A stretch of 64,000 bases of DNA from Gekko japonicus (taxonomy: Eukaryota). The stretch lies in the NCBI RefSeq assembly GCF_001447785.1, contig NW_015162474.1:1428417-1492416 (forward strand), written 5' to 3'. Both the position numbers and the translations under genes were made by a program. Positions 38,648-52,402 of this stretch are shown piece by piece. The notes under the pieces are model-generated. The model was not told the origin of the DNA. It saw nothing but the letters and a program-made list of their open reading frames with translations, and did no database searches. Positions within the stretch are counted from its first letter, which is position 1. The number at the start of each line of letters is the position of its first letter.

Positions 38648-41600
38648 GTCTACATGTGGCTGAATATTCTCTAGTCATTCAGTTAGTTTAGTAGGTATAC
38701 TAGCAATTTAAACTTATTAATCTGTGCTGTGGGCACATACAATGAAAATGTATTGATTTGCTTAATAAACAGGATTATAGTTATGAAGTTATTCAGGATC
38801 ATATTTTATTTTCTGAAATAAAATTATTTTGTTTGTTCTGCCTGAAGTCTGCAAATTTATAGGTTGCAATACATACAGACATGTTATTTCAAACCTTAAC
38901 AGCAATAAAGACCTCTCACTGTACAAAAACCTTTACATTAAGGGTTTACTATAAAAGCCATTTTTCCTTCATAAATTTTACAATTTTATCAACACTGTTT
39001 TCCTGAACTGTTACTCATTCTTATGCTGAAGAATGACAAAGACCAATGTAATTCAGATTTCAATATATTAGTGAGTTTTTAAAAAGGTAGTTCTCAAACC
39101 ACAGTAAGCAAGAGATTCAATGCAGTTAATTGGCTGAATAAAACTTCCCCAACTATGTGATTGTCTCCCCCAAAGAATCATCCCACAAGTAGCAACACAA
39201 ATTGCTGTGCATCTACTGAATGATGCCAGGTTGTACTCACAGAGGTGACTATGCAAAACAGGCACAATGAGAAAACCAGATTAATATCAAGTCCACAACA
39301 TAAATCTAACAGCAAAATTACTAACACATGCACAGGATTATTATTCACTATGCAATTATACATTTTTACAACATAAAACTAAGACAATCTGTAGACTACC
39401 AGCTTCAAGTAGAAAGACTGCAGCAAACACCATAAATAAATCTGATATAGCATAAGGGCAACACATATGACTTCCTACAATGACACTCTGAAATGTAAAT
39501 AACCATATGCTTTTATGAGGAATGCTATCTTCAAAGAAGTGCTGTTCAGCAAAGCACTTAAATACAATAGGAAAGATTTTTCATAGACAAACATAACTGT
39601 TGCTGTTTTGTCAGTTTGCAAAGGAACCATCCTCTCCAGAAATTTAATCTATTCTAAAACAAGCAATGTACCTGAAAAGAGGGGTAGCAATATTAACTAA
39701 TCTAGCAGTAGTGCTAATCCATCTGTACATGATTAGGCATTTAATACAGCTACCCAATCTTATCCAATTAGGATTTACTAACATTATGAACAAAAAGTAA
39801 AACTGAATTCAAATATAGTAGGCTCATTTGTCCGAAACAATATATGAACATCCTAGTCTTACATACTTAAATGCGTGTAGAATGTATGCGTGGCAAAGAG
39901 GAGGACTGCTTTACCTCATGATTTTGAAGGGTAAGGGATCTCAAAAACTGGATTTATTTATTTACACCTATTTTACCTCATGATTTTGAGGGGTTATGGA
40001 TCTCAAAAATTGGGTTTATACACCCATTTCCTGGTCATACATTAGGGCCAATACATGGGTACAAGGGAGAGATAAAACAATCATGTTACCTACTGCACAT
40101 ATTCTACACACATTAAGGAGTGTGTGAGTAGGAGTTTTCAATCAATTCCTCTACAAGAACAAATGGTTTTGTAACAATTTTTCAGGCACAGTATTCTTTT
40201 TGCATATAGAAAACAACAATTTTATAAACACTCACTTTTAAAAGAAGGCATACTTTAAGTTTTGCACAAACAGACTTAAAGTACTCTTCGGCTCTGTGCA
40301 CTCAAAACTAAGAGTTTGAAGAGTTTTGCTTATAGTGGTTTGAGAACAATATACAAAAAAACATGTCAAACGGAGAACAAACTCTACATACATATTGATA
40401 ACTGCCGGCGTATTTTGTCCCTTTGTAATTCTGCACCCATCTACTAGTTTGGTTTTAAAAAGAAATCATCATCAACAGTCATAACATGCAGCATTCATTC
40501 ATTTAGTCTAAAACTGACCAATTAGTTCTATTTTAATTTAGATACACATCAGATCCTAAGAAAATTTCAAACACTGATTTTCCACACAGAAAAGCACTTG
40601 CGTAGGATAAAGCATGAAATCAGTGTGTCTGCTCATCACATGTTTGAAGCAGTCCTAGGATTTGTGATTATTTTGATGCAAATATACTGTTACATATTCA
40701 TACTGTTGTCACCTTTGCTCTAGATATGTAATATGGCCAAACATAAAAATGTTCATGGTCTGCTGGTGATTTGCACACAAGTTGATTGGATTTGTAGCAA
40801 ACTGGTACAAGAAAATAGGTACATTTTAAAATATTCACTATTTTCTTGTATTTTTATATTGACAATATACAAAAAAGACATAACAGAGATACAGAATTTC
40901 ATGAACACATTCAAAATAACCCAGTAGCCAAAGTACATTGTCAACACACATTAAAGAACTGACCAAGAATGAGTACATTAAAACCATCTGGGATCAGTTA
41001 ATGTACCCAAACAAGAAGTCTGGAAGGGTACATCTGACTTTAGAGAAGCTGTGCACCAATTTAACCCTTGTTCGTGAATTTACCTAACTGTAGATGACAA
41101 TGCAATTTAATCCAAATATGTGTTTAGAACCTTTGTTTTCTAGCTTGGTAGTATTTACTACCAATTTATTAAGCTTCTGAGAGGGAAATGATCATTTTGC
41201 TAACCTACATAAGTGTTCAGCTATCCCCTGCAATCAATTTTACTATTGCCACAATTACAGTAAATAAAAGCAGCTCTGGCTAGCACAATAAAAATCTAGT
41301 TTGAGGCATACATATGGATTAAAAAAAACCCAATAATGACTTTCAATTCATTAGCTATAAAAGTTTGTTCTTAAGTATCTATATGGTAGTATACTTAATG
41401 GAGATCATATGGTAAATTTGAAATGCATAACATACAAATTTCAATTCAGGCTGCAGTTGTAGAAGCAGCAGGACAAATTAAGTCTGGAAAACTAACGTTT
41501 ACACAAAAATATCTAGCTTGTTGTTACATAATCACCACAGAGTATGACTTTGTTCTCACAGCCATCTCCTAAATTATTATACAACCCAGACTGAAAAAGC

Positions 41601-44559
41601 ACATGTGATTTATGTGTTCGCCCAATACATCTATAAGAAATAAACACTTTACAGAAGCCACATATAATTTTAAAGAACAAATTGTGTTTTACAGTGATAT
41701 GCTAAAATGCAGCACTCCATTTATGCTGTTTCTCCTTTCATTAGACAAGTAGTACCCTAGACCATTAGACAAAGTACTGCATATTTTCTTATGAGGTGAA
41801 ATTAGTGTGCACTCATATGCATGCTAAAAAGAACATGCACACTTGAAAGCATAGGCATTATATAAACCAAAGGTGGCTCTGGATTTGGTTTCAAACATTT
41901 TTGCCATAAACTCTGTTATTAATTCACATGAATTTCTCTTAATTGTCAAGAACCTAAGACTGTGACCTGACATTTTATAATCTAAGATGCACAGTAGCAC
42001 ATGACTGCAAAGTCAGTTTCCTACGCTTCGCATTTTATTCCTGAACACACATTTGAACTTGCATCCTACTGGTGTCAAATAGATGATTAAGATAGGTAGC
42101 TATCAAAATGGAAAATATCCTGACTTCAACCAAGGAAAAAGAGACTCAGCCTAAAATCAATTTAAAAATAAATAAATCTTGGATTTATCATCAAGAAGCT
42201 GTAGAATTACACATGTTTATATTATTCCAGATTTAGAACAGTTATCAGATTCAAAGAACACAAAGATGCCACAAGACTTCATTGTTTTTGCTACAAGAAG
42301 CTGCCATTGCTGAAACATTTCCAGCTACCTTTTCACTCACTCTTGTGGCTGTTTTGATTCCACTTTAAACCCACCTTGAATTAGTCCCAACCTAATAAAA
42401 ATAAAGGTAAGACTGAAGTGGGTTGTAAGTGTTCAGTTTGGGGCTTTTATACATTCTAAGAACTGAACTGTATACTATACTTAAAGAGAAGGCAACATTT
42501 TAACTATCATATGTTAGCAGCCCGCAAGAAAAAACTTCAGTCTTAAACCACCCCAATATTTCTGTAATTATAAATTTCCAACAATAGTTTGTATGTTTAC
42601 ATGAAACAGTAAAGCTCTAAAAATATTTGTAGGATCATTTTCTAATCTCAGGCATCAAGATGTTAATCACTGAAGAAAGAAAACACAGATTGTAAATTTA
42701 CAGTTTCACACACTAGCCAAGACACACTGTTGAGCATGCCTAAGACCTGAAAGCCTTTTTGTTTGTTGTTGTTGGTTGTTTTCTATAATATACCTGCATT
42801 GAGTATCCCTGTCACTATGCCTTCCCTTACACATAAGGCAGAGCTCATGGACCAAAACGACTCTAGATGAAAGGAAGTTTACTGCTCATATCCTTCAGGT
42901 AAATATCAAACCCCTATGCACACTGAGAAGTTATCCTATTGATCTACTGCAAAGCATAGCACTGTATAACTAAAGTCATTACCTCTTTTTGGAATAGGGA
43001 TGGTAAATAACCATTTCTGATTTTAATATTGATTACATATTTATAAGCCACCTTGACCCTGTTCTTTCGGGAAAAGCTCAAAGTATTTTAAATAAATAAA
43101 TGCTTTTGTTCACAGTGATATCCACGGTAGCATTTCTGATAAGTTAGAAATACCAAATGAATGATGTACTGAAAGGTCAATTACCAGGGTATTCGTGGTA
43201 CAGATGGCATATCATAATAAACTTGTAAGGACTTGAAAAAGAAAAGCTGTAATAAACTGTCCATAATAGCAATGTAAGTGAAGTTAACTGTCTAATTAGG
43301 AAATAATTAAGCCTATTGTTAAAGAATGCAAATACAACTTGTAATGAATATCCTGATGTACACTTTCCATTTAACGTACAGAGTGCCTTACAGTTCTTCC
43401 AACAATTTATGAAGTCAATCATAAATCTCACCTTACTGAGTCTTTCTAGTGACAAACCTAATTGTCTCCATTGCCTCACCTAGCCTCTCTAATGTGTTAG
43501 GCTGAGGGGAAATGCAGTGTGCGCAAACGTGCATGGGACAGAGCTGGAAGCAAGGGAAGAATGAATGAAAAGGGGACTGTAATCAGGCTGTTAACAACAA
43601 GATTTACTTGTGATTTCTCTGAAGAGAACACAGATTGTCCAAGCTTAAGGTTGGGGGAGCGATGGGGGCTACTTCTTTCATCTCTACTTGTTATGCTAAG
43701 TGATTCATTCTAACAAATTTATACAGTCCAGAAGAAATATGTTCCAAAAAACTATGAAGAAGATGAGGCAAATATGGTTGATTTCATAAATAAGGAAGCG
43801 GGAAATGCCTATCTAGAAAAGGCAACAAGAAAATACATTGCCAAACATAAGAATGAAGCTGGCAAGGAAAAAACCCTCTAGGAACAGAAACCAAAGTCTC
43901 AAGTACTTTTCTCTTCACATGAAGACGAACAAAAGAAAACCCACAGTTCTGAAGAATTAGAAAACTCTTCCAAGGAATATGAAATGGAAACTATTTTGAG
44001 TCAAAATTTTAGGCTCCCCCCCAATGTTTCTAAGAACTTGCATGTGTCTTTCCCAAAAATCAAGTCAGGATGCTGATAAGCTACTTGGATGTATGTGGAT
44101 ATTGATCAGAAAGCCATCAAAATGAGGAAGGTGTACGCTATTTCATCCTCCCTCCCATTATCATTCTTCTGTTTAACTTACAGCCCAGCCTGCTCCTGGT
44201 TAATTTTTAAAACCTGGGAGAAAGCATACCTGTGACTGCATGTCTAGTTTGGTCCTCTGATATCTCTAGAGTTCCAGGCTATCGTTGAGGGAATAGCCAA
44301 GTTATTCTATATTTCCACAAGACAAAATATAGACATCTAAGAAAAGTCTTTCTAATTTAACAATGAAAACTTTGGCTTTCAGAGATGGAACAAGAACTTG
44401 TCAGTGTAAAGTAGCAGTCAGAAGATGCTACACAACCACTACTGATGTGCCACACAATAATACAGTACAGAAAATGAAATGAAATTATTATCAACAGGAT
44501 ATTAAAAGCACACTGAAGTTGTAGCCCCATTACCATTCATGAAGGAGTGAAAAGGACTA

Positions 44560-44745
44560 GAGATGAGTATGTTGGATCATTCCAATCTGGTTTAAGGCCA
44601 GGTTATGAGACTGAAACAGCTATTGGTCACCTAGATGGAGATGGATATAGGGAGTGTAACTCCACTGATTCTCCTGGACCTCTCAGTGGCTTTTGATACA
44701 TCAAACATGATAACCTTCTGGACTGCCTTTCCAGGCAGGGACTTA
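44560..44745 (+). mobile_element. L2 LINE RT fragment
   Basis: QSGLRPGYETETA..LLILLDLSVAFDT-like translation. Confidence 0.7.
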
Positions 44746-45962
44746 GTGACTGTTCTTTCCTGCTTATGTTTTGTCATTTTTATGTACATGTATTGTATTG
44801 TATCGCTATTTTAATAATGTATTTCTATTCTATTTAAGATGTGGTTTTATTATGTTATTAATCTGTTAGTCACCTCAGTGGCCATGAGGAGGAAAAAAAG
44901 ACTGCATTCTGTAAAGATACTTTTATATGCTCTGTGAAGTAGTAAGTGTTTTGAAAGAATGACTAAAGAGGTACTACAGCATGCTAGATCACATGCCATT
45001 ACACAGCCTGTTAACTTAGCATATCTTCTTTTTTTCTTGAAAAGGAAATCATACAGATTAAAATGTTCTTGTTGGTGCCAAGAAATGTACATTTGTGTAA
45101 CTTTGTTTTCTTCTGGTATCACTCTGCCCAATAAGCAACAGCAAGAACACAGACAGCTCATACAAGGCCATCTAAATTCCAATTCAAACCCCACTGTATT
45201 CCAAATAAGAGATACAGGAATTTAAGTAAATAAAGACACACACCGTCAACTTCTGCCTATAATTAACACATAGATATAGCTGCCCAACATCCTCCATCCA
45301 AGACCAAATGTTTGGTCTGGGTTTCTTTGAGGTGGGTGTAACAGGTCTGAAACTCGACAATTAAGCTCTAATGGGACCAATGATCAGCATCCTACGTGAT
45401 ACTGCTTTAGTGTAGAAGCTCAAAAGAATAGTTGTTATGCTCCTTGCCACCACAATGCCAGGACTTAAGGCACTGCAGTAATGGCAGCAATGTCCCAATT
45501 TTCAGATGCTATCAAAGACCACTTAGCAGCAGCTTTGGCATACTACTGCCATGCAAAAATATTTGTGGAGGAATGGAAAACATGAGGCAAGACTGCACTG
45601 ATAAATGGGCATCTCAGAGCCCAAACAAAATTTGTTACCTTCCATTGAGCAAATGCTTATGGGAAAGCTGTTGTGACAGACCCAAACTTGAGACTGCCAG
45701 ATCGTCATTTTAAAAGCAACATTACAAAGCATACATGACATGCTAGAAGACATTAATGCAGTTAAGCAAAGGGAGACAGGATGGAAAAACAGGAAGGTTT
45801 TTTTTAATACTTACCTGAAATTGCCTATAAGAAGTGTATTTAGGATATCATAGAGCTTTACAAAGCAGATATTTATTCTGAAACATAATTTTAAGTTAAT
45901 GTTGATTTAAGAAAAAACCCAAACCTTGATCCTGAAGTCTGAAACTGATATACCCACCTCCT

Positions 45963-46149
45963 TTAACGATGACGATACTCTCGTTCTCGATCCCGCTCTC
46001 TGTCACGGTCTCTATCGCGGTCACGATGTCTCTCACGTTCTCGGCTTCTTTCCCGGTAATAATCATCATGGCGATCTCTGCTACGAGATTTGTGGCGCNN
46101 NNNNNNNNNNNNNNNNNNNNNNNNNNNNNNNNNNNNNNNNNNNNNNNNN
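45963..46149 (-). CDS. CPSF6: CPSF6 exon 9, RS/RD/RE domain, ending ...REYRHR*; 5' part lies in the N-gap 46099-46164
   Basis: Visible part 45963-46098 reads RHKSRSRDRHDDYYRERSRE...HR-TAA; upstream boundary inferred from the canonical 551-aa length. Confidence 0.88.
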
Positions 46150-46782
46150 NNNNNNNNNNNNNNNCATTAATTCTAATAAAATGTGTAATTTTGACTTTTA
46201 TCTACTCTGAGTACAGGAGTGTTATTTTGTTTCCTTGCCTCCTCACACACTCCACTTGGACCTAGTAAAGAAAGAGAACTGTTTGTGTTGAATGTGGCAT
46301 TCCCTCCTTTGTGCAGCAAATAGCCCACGGCTAGGACAAAGGGCACTATCAGAGTGAGCCCCTGGTATGACAACTTCTTTAAAGGTTCAGCAAGTAACTC
46401 AGCACTGGTGTTCAGAGTGTAGTAGATAAACTTTAAAATTTATTTATGAGCACAGATGATGCCCCCCCCAAAGCACATTCACTCTAATTTAGCGAGGGGA
46501 ACTCAAACTACAACAGCAGAAATAAATTTTAACAGTTTAACAGATTTGCTATTTCAATGGTTTAATAAGGTTCTGAGATACCGTAATGTCACAGAACAGT
46601 ATTTGTATCAGACCTAATTATTTGACATTAATCAACACACAATGGCAGTGTTCTCCTAATCAAGAAACTGAAGCTTCACAGAACCAGTGAATTATTCTAG
46701 GAGTCATGTCAGATTCATTATAGTACTCCCTAGTAAGGTTTTCGCAAAAAAACTTTTACCCATTTATATACAAAGGGTTTAC

Positions 46783-46936
46783 CTTGACCCGGAACCATAA
46801 GACTTTGACTCAATTCCATGAAGGCAATCTTGCAGAGAGCTAATAAGTACTTTGCAGCGATCATCAGCAGACACTTTGGATTGTTTAATTAAAGAAATTG
46901 CAGTCACCAAAGTTTCTATAGCACTTCCATAGTCTC
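46783..46936 (-). CDS. CPSF6: CPSF6 exon 8 ([21 protein letters not shown]...SYGSGS)
   Basis: Manual translation; AG/GT boundaries; 154 nt. Confidence 0.96.
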
Positions 46937-47529
46937 CTGAAAGATGGAAAAACACATGTTAAGGAACATGTTTTTTATTTGTGTATATATATGGTTTCTA
47001 AACATCCAACCACCATATTGTTGTCTTCTACACTGATGCAGTGATAAACCTGTGCCTTGACCATACTATTGCAGGTTTTAGGAGATGGTCTATATGACTG
47101 AATGCTCTTCCACATAGAAAACTAGATGTCAGGAAGACGAGTGCTAATCCAATCCAATCCATATGTTGTAGGAGAGCGTTCCAGAGTGAGAGCCTTAACC
47201 TTCAATCTGAACTGATGTAGTCCAGTCACAGACTTACCATCCATTTCTGGGAACTCAGCCTAGTTTACTCTGATAGGGCCTTCAGAAAGTTGTATTTCTC
47301 AAAAGATAATATCCCTCCCAGCATTAGCAGTTTTAGATTCCCAACAGAAAGCATCTCATGACTATGGACTGGGTCCTAAGAATCCATTCTGCTAGCAGCA
47401 GAGTCTTCCACCATGACTAGAAGCCTTGGTCCAGAAGAAAGATGCATTCACTCTGCCACTAGAAGAAGGAATTTATGGAACCCAACCCATTTTGATTATG
47501 GATGGGATAGTTAAAGAAAACATACTGAC

Positions 47530-47645
47530 CGGCACTGGCATCTGAAACAGCTCTTGAAATGGCGCTGCTAGAGATAGCCCTATTTCTATTCATGATTTCT
47601 TCAAATTCTGCTTCACTTAAAGGTGTCCTTGCAGCATCCATTTCT
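47530..47645 (-). CDS. CPSF6: CPSF6 exon 7 ([38 protein letters not shown])
   Basis: ORF track plus AG/GT boundaries; 116 nt. Confidence 0.97.
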
Positions 47646-50600
47646 CTGCAAACACACACGAGTTCAAAACTTTTACTTCCAGCTAATGATGGCTACACAG
47701 TAACAATAGTTTGCAATCTTAAGCAAAGTAACACATAACAGAAAGGGTTTCCCCCCCTAAATCAAGATCTTTAAAATGCAACACTTGTAGGCTAGAGGGG
47801 AAAAAGGTACACTATCACAGAAGCAGTACTTCTGTAAGTAGTGTTGAAACCTTCAGTCAGATGGTCTACTTAAGCAGTGCTTTCCATCATCAGAGCTTTC
47901 AAATATGTTTACAAAGCTTCTACATTTAGCTAGGTATTGTGTCAAGCATATATATAATTGAGGCAGAAGAAACTGGCCTGCCCAATGAATATCACTGAAG
48001 ACCCTCAGCACATTTACAACAGCTAGGAATCAGAGTACATAAGTAAATGTTGTCAAGCATTACAAACGCTCTAGATCCTTAATAACAAAAATGGGTGTGA
48101 TGTGCTGGCTGTACACTTAACTAGCAGCTTAATTACTCTTCATTAGTAGCAGAAATATACCTAACTATTCTGAAAATTCCCTCTTGAACACAATTTCATC
48201 TGTCAGTAGTGCTCTCTAGATACATGCATTGAAATAAACATGTGCAGAGGGGGAACAGAAAAGAGCATGCTAGTACCACCCCCAACCCATGCACTATCGT
48301 CAGACTGTGAGCTCAGAGTCTATGCACAGGCTTCATCCCAGTGACTGAGAATACGATTTTGGGAATACAACCCATGCACAGAGTCCATACTCACAATCAT
48401 ACACAGGTCAGGGACAGTATGTTCATGCCCTCTCCCTGTCTACTCATGTTGATTCCAACCCACAAAATCTGCAGAGAGCAGCTTAAAACATAACATCTGG
48501 ATCTGACAAAGACAGGCTTTTTTTCCTATACCCAACTTTTGCATGCCTAGAGACATACTACCCACCTACTCCTTACTTTTACATGGAGCAAATATTAATC
48601 TAGATAATATAACTTAATTAACTTGACTAAGGCACCTAGAATGAAGATCACACTTGAGGATATGGTGTTAAGACTACACATCCTTCATATTCCTTTCAGC
48701 ACTGCAAAGTTATATGGCTTAGCTTGCATCTGAGAAATATTTCTTTTGAATGTTAGTTCTTTTGGTAGAAGAAAAATGCAGAATGATAAGCAAAGCTATC
48801 CTCTTAAGAGTAAGAAGTGGATCAAGATCCTACAGCCGATTTAGCATAAGAGGAAATGTCTAAAAGTTCATACCTCCCTGCGTTTTGAGTATTATTTTTC
48901 GATTGTCTCCAATACAATGGCATATGTAATTGTTCTCTTATGGACATGTTATTTCCAGTGAAACGCCTATGATATATAATTGACAATTTAAATATAGTTA
49001 TGGATTGTAGTTGAGATCATCATGAAAATATTGGACATCATGTGCAGAGACTCTACTTCTGCTTTCTCCACCCTCAACCCTCCCTTGCCTACCAGAGCGC
49101 TATCTTGATATACAAAGATAACAATTTGGTTTCATTATGGGTTCTCTAGGTATTTTCAAGCAATTATGCCCAAAGTTCCACATTTTGGAATGCTGCTTTA
49201 TGAAATCTAAAACATACGATTTTACTCATTAATTTAATGGATTAAGTAAAAAGTGGAATAAACTTATTTAAGAATAAACTAGTTTTCCAATAAATAATCA
49301 GGCCAACAAAATCTTCCCAGCCAACATAACATACAACTAAATTTCACATAACTGACTATCTGAGACAATATAACATGCACAAGACAGGCAGCATCAAAGA
49401 AAGAGAAACAGCAACGGGCATAAATGAACAAGATTTCTTCAAAGAAAACTGGAAAACAGGTGGGGGATTAGAACAAGCAAGGATGCTTGATGAAGAAAGC
49501 TACTGTGAGGTGTTTTAACATGACTACTCACACGCTGAGAGAGCAGTCATGGGACGGCAGTGGGTGAAGCAGACAAAAAAGGAGTGCATCTCAAGACTTA
49601 CATAGCACACAGAAGGCTTTCCTATCAGAGGATTTGTCCAATGAAAAGAATGGATAGTTACACTACATTTATATTGTGCTATATTGCCAAGTAACTAAAC
49701 TGAAGGTTTTGTGGGAGAAGTAACCTTGGTAGATGGGCGGTTAAGAAAATACCAACAGTATATATTTGTGCACAAGATATAAGATGAGTGATGTGAACAA
49801 CATAAGTATGATCAAATGAAGGTAAATATATAGCTAGAATTCTTAAGCACAAGTGGGGACTTGTTCATAGGGGGGGATCCCTACCTTCATTGTTGCTGAT
49901 TCCCAACATGGCTCAGGGGAGGGGGCTTGCAGGGGGGAATCCCATACCCCTCCAGCACCAAACCTGGCATGGCTCATTACTACCGCTGCCACCATCCTTC
50001 ATCACCACTACTGGGCCTGGCACAGCTGCTGGCATCTTCCGCTGCTGCAGCTGAGCCCAGCGCAGCTGCCAGAATCCTCCATGGCTGGGCCCAGAATGGC
50101 TGCTAGCATCCTCGTCCTTTGACTCTGAGGACAGGCTGGAATGGCTCCTCATCTAGTAAGAGTGTTGTTTGCACATGCATTGACAACACAAATGTATTGG
50201 GGGGGGGTTTAAATCCTCTATATATTTTAATTTTGATTTGAGATTTTTCTGCAAACTTGGGGAATCCCCCAAGTTTGCTGAAAAATCTGTTCAGCATTTA
50301 CATGGCCCTGATCCACAGGTTTAGGTATCCATAGATGGGTGCCACATGTCACTAACACCATATAGATTGTATTTCATGTATTGGTTCTCAAGTTATGTAG
50401 TAGCATCCCCTGACCAGGTGCAAAACACCAAGAAAAAGGACACCAGGATCCCGGAAGGGAAAAGATTCTGAGTTAGATATACCATTTTTTCTTCTTACCT
50501 AAGAGACAGGTAGGTTGAATGATCCCCACTGATTAGCATTGTCTCTGTTAGAATGACTGCTGTCACAACTTGCCCTAACATTACAACTCATTTGGGAACT

Positions 50601-50983
50601 GTACCTTTAGTTTTCCAATGATGTTTTCAAGAGGAGCTGATAAATGTCTTGGCTAATTCAAATGCTGATCCCCCCCCCCCCCCCCCGAATCACGGATCTT
50701 TGCACACAGTAGTAGGCTACATGCATACCACTGCATCCAAGGGTCTCTGTACAATCTGCTTTAGAATACATGAATGGTACGTTCTGGAAGCACAAAAAAC
50801 AGAACAATTTAGAAAGAAGACCCCAAGCCCCAAAAGTCTGAGAAATCATGCTTTAGTTGCAATCTCACATTCAAGTAACTTTCAACGTTTCCTAAAGCAA
50901 AGGGAAACAAAATAACCTGAATCAACTGAGTGCAGAGGCCCTAAATGAGAATATATAGTCTATGAATACAAAAAGGCACTCAC

Positions 50984-51488
50984 CTGCCTGGCGGCCCATA
51001 ATCACCTCTGTCGTATGGTGGAGGTCGGCCATATGGGTCTGACGGTGGTGGACCACGGCTGTCTGATGTAGGTATACCACTGTTGGCTGGTGGGGGGAAG
51101 AAAGCTGGATTCACGTGTGGGGCTGGTGGGGGAGCACCTGGTGGTGGTCCAGGCAAATGAGGAGGAGGAGCCAGTGTTAGAGGTGGCCCTAGTGGACCAG
51201 GTGGACGAGGGGGAAAAGGGCCTGGGGGTGGAGGAGGACCCTGTTGCGGGGGTGGAGGGCCTGGTGGTGGGCCATAGCCCGGAACTGGAGGTGGAGGACC
51301 AGGGGGGAGTGGACCCAATGGAGGCTGGCCAAATGGCTGTCCAGGAAACAGAACTGGAGGAGGAGGACGGTCACCACGATTGGGAGGACCAGTTAATGGA
51401 GGAGGCAGAACCTGGCCAGGTGGTGGAGGACCTGGAGGGCCTGGTGGGCCAGGAGGGCCTAGAGGTGGACGTGGAGGAGTTTGTCCAG
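50984..51488 (-). CDS. CPSF6: CPSF6 exon 6, proline-rich region with PVLFPGQPFGQPP
   Basis: Translation; AG/GT boundaries; 505 nt. Confidence 0.97.
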
Positions 51489-51799
51489 CTAAAAGGGGGG
51501 GAAATAATTTTCACAATTAAAATCCTTCCGACAATTTTTTCAGCAAGACCTACAGCATCAGTTCTAATATACAAAAGAAACATGGTAACTGATGTTTACT
51601 TTTTCCTTTAAGAATCTATGCACTTAACAGATGTTACACCTTTAATTAGGAAAGCATACGGTATGACAGTTTACTTCTGCTGTTTGTATATGATGGCAAG
51701 AAGGAACTTTACATGTCAGGAAAAAACAAATTCCTATTTGTGATTGATACTTTAGCAATAATGAGCAAGAAAAACACTTTACATTTGTGCTTTGTATAC

Positions 51800-52023
51800 A
51801 CAGTATAGTGGTTAAAGTGTTGGAGTAGGATATGTCACAGCCAGGTTTTGAAGCCTTACTTTATCATGGAAGGTTGCTGGGTGACTGTGGGTCAGTCCCA
51901 TACTCTCAGCCTAATCTATCTCACCTACTTGGTTGTGAGAATAAATGGAGGAGAGGAGAATGATGTAAGCCACTTTGGGACCCCACTGGGATGGAAGGTG
52001 AGGTATAAATGAAGTAAATAAAT
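51800..52023 (+). mobile_element. Older tRNA-derived SINE (Squam3/MIR-like)
   Basis: GTATAGTGGTTAAAG head, CTCAGCCTAATCTA core, TAAATAAAT tail; relatives at 57480-57702, 63490-63660 and 63800-64000 (minus). Confidence 0.75.
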
Positions 52024-52402
52024 ATATTTGGGTTTTTATTGTATTTTTAGAAGCAGATCAGCTTTCTATTTTTAATGTATATGCAAGTAGCTTTTTTAGA
52101 AAAGCAGCTAGTAAGTTCGTATTTTTTATAAAAACAAGGGAAAGTAATGAGAAAGTTATACATTTTGTACAATGCAAAAATGTTCTATCCAACTTTAAAC
52201 CTAAGGCAACTTTTAGGAGCGATAACATCAAGTTTGTTCTTTCAGCTCAACTCTATCAGACCCTAACTGCAACTGGTTATCTAAGAAATTATTCAGAAAA
52301 TACTTCTACATTTCAGTATCAGATAACCATAAATTACGTCTTGAGTCAAACATCTATCCAAATATAAATGTAGCAAAATACCAAACATTTAAAACATTTT
52401 AC

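Noticed and set aside
46099-46164. Apparent disruption of CPSF6 exon 9
   Set aside because: Assembly N-gap whose size fits the missing coding sequence and acceptor
51489-51610. Equivalent of the extra 37-aa segment of the longer human CPSF6 isoform
   Set aside because: The upstream extension of exon 6 has an in-frame TAG and no convincing similarity
51090-51611. 173-aa plus-strand ORF
   Set aside because: Antisense shadow of the proline-rich CPSF6 exon 6
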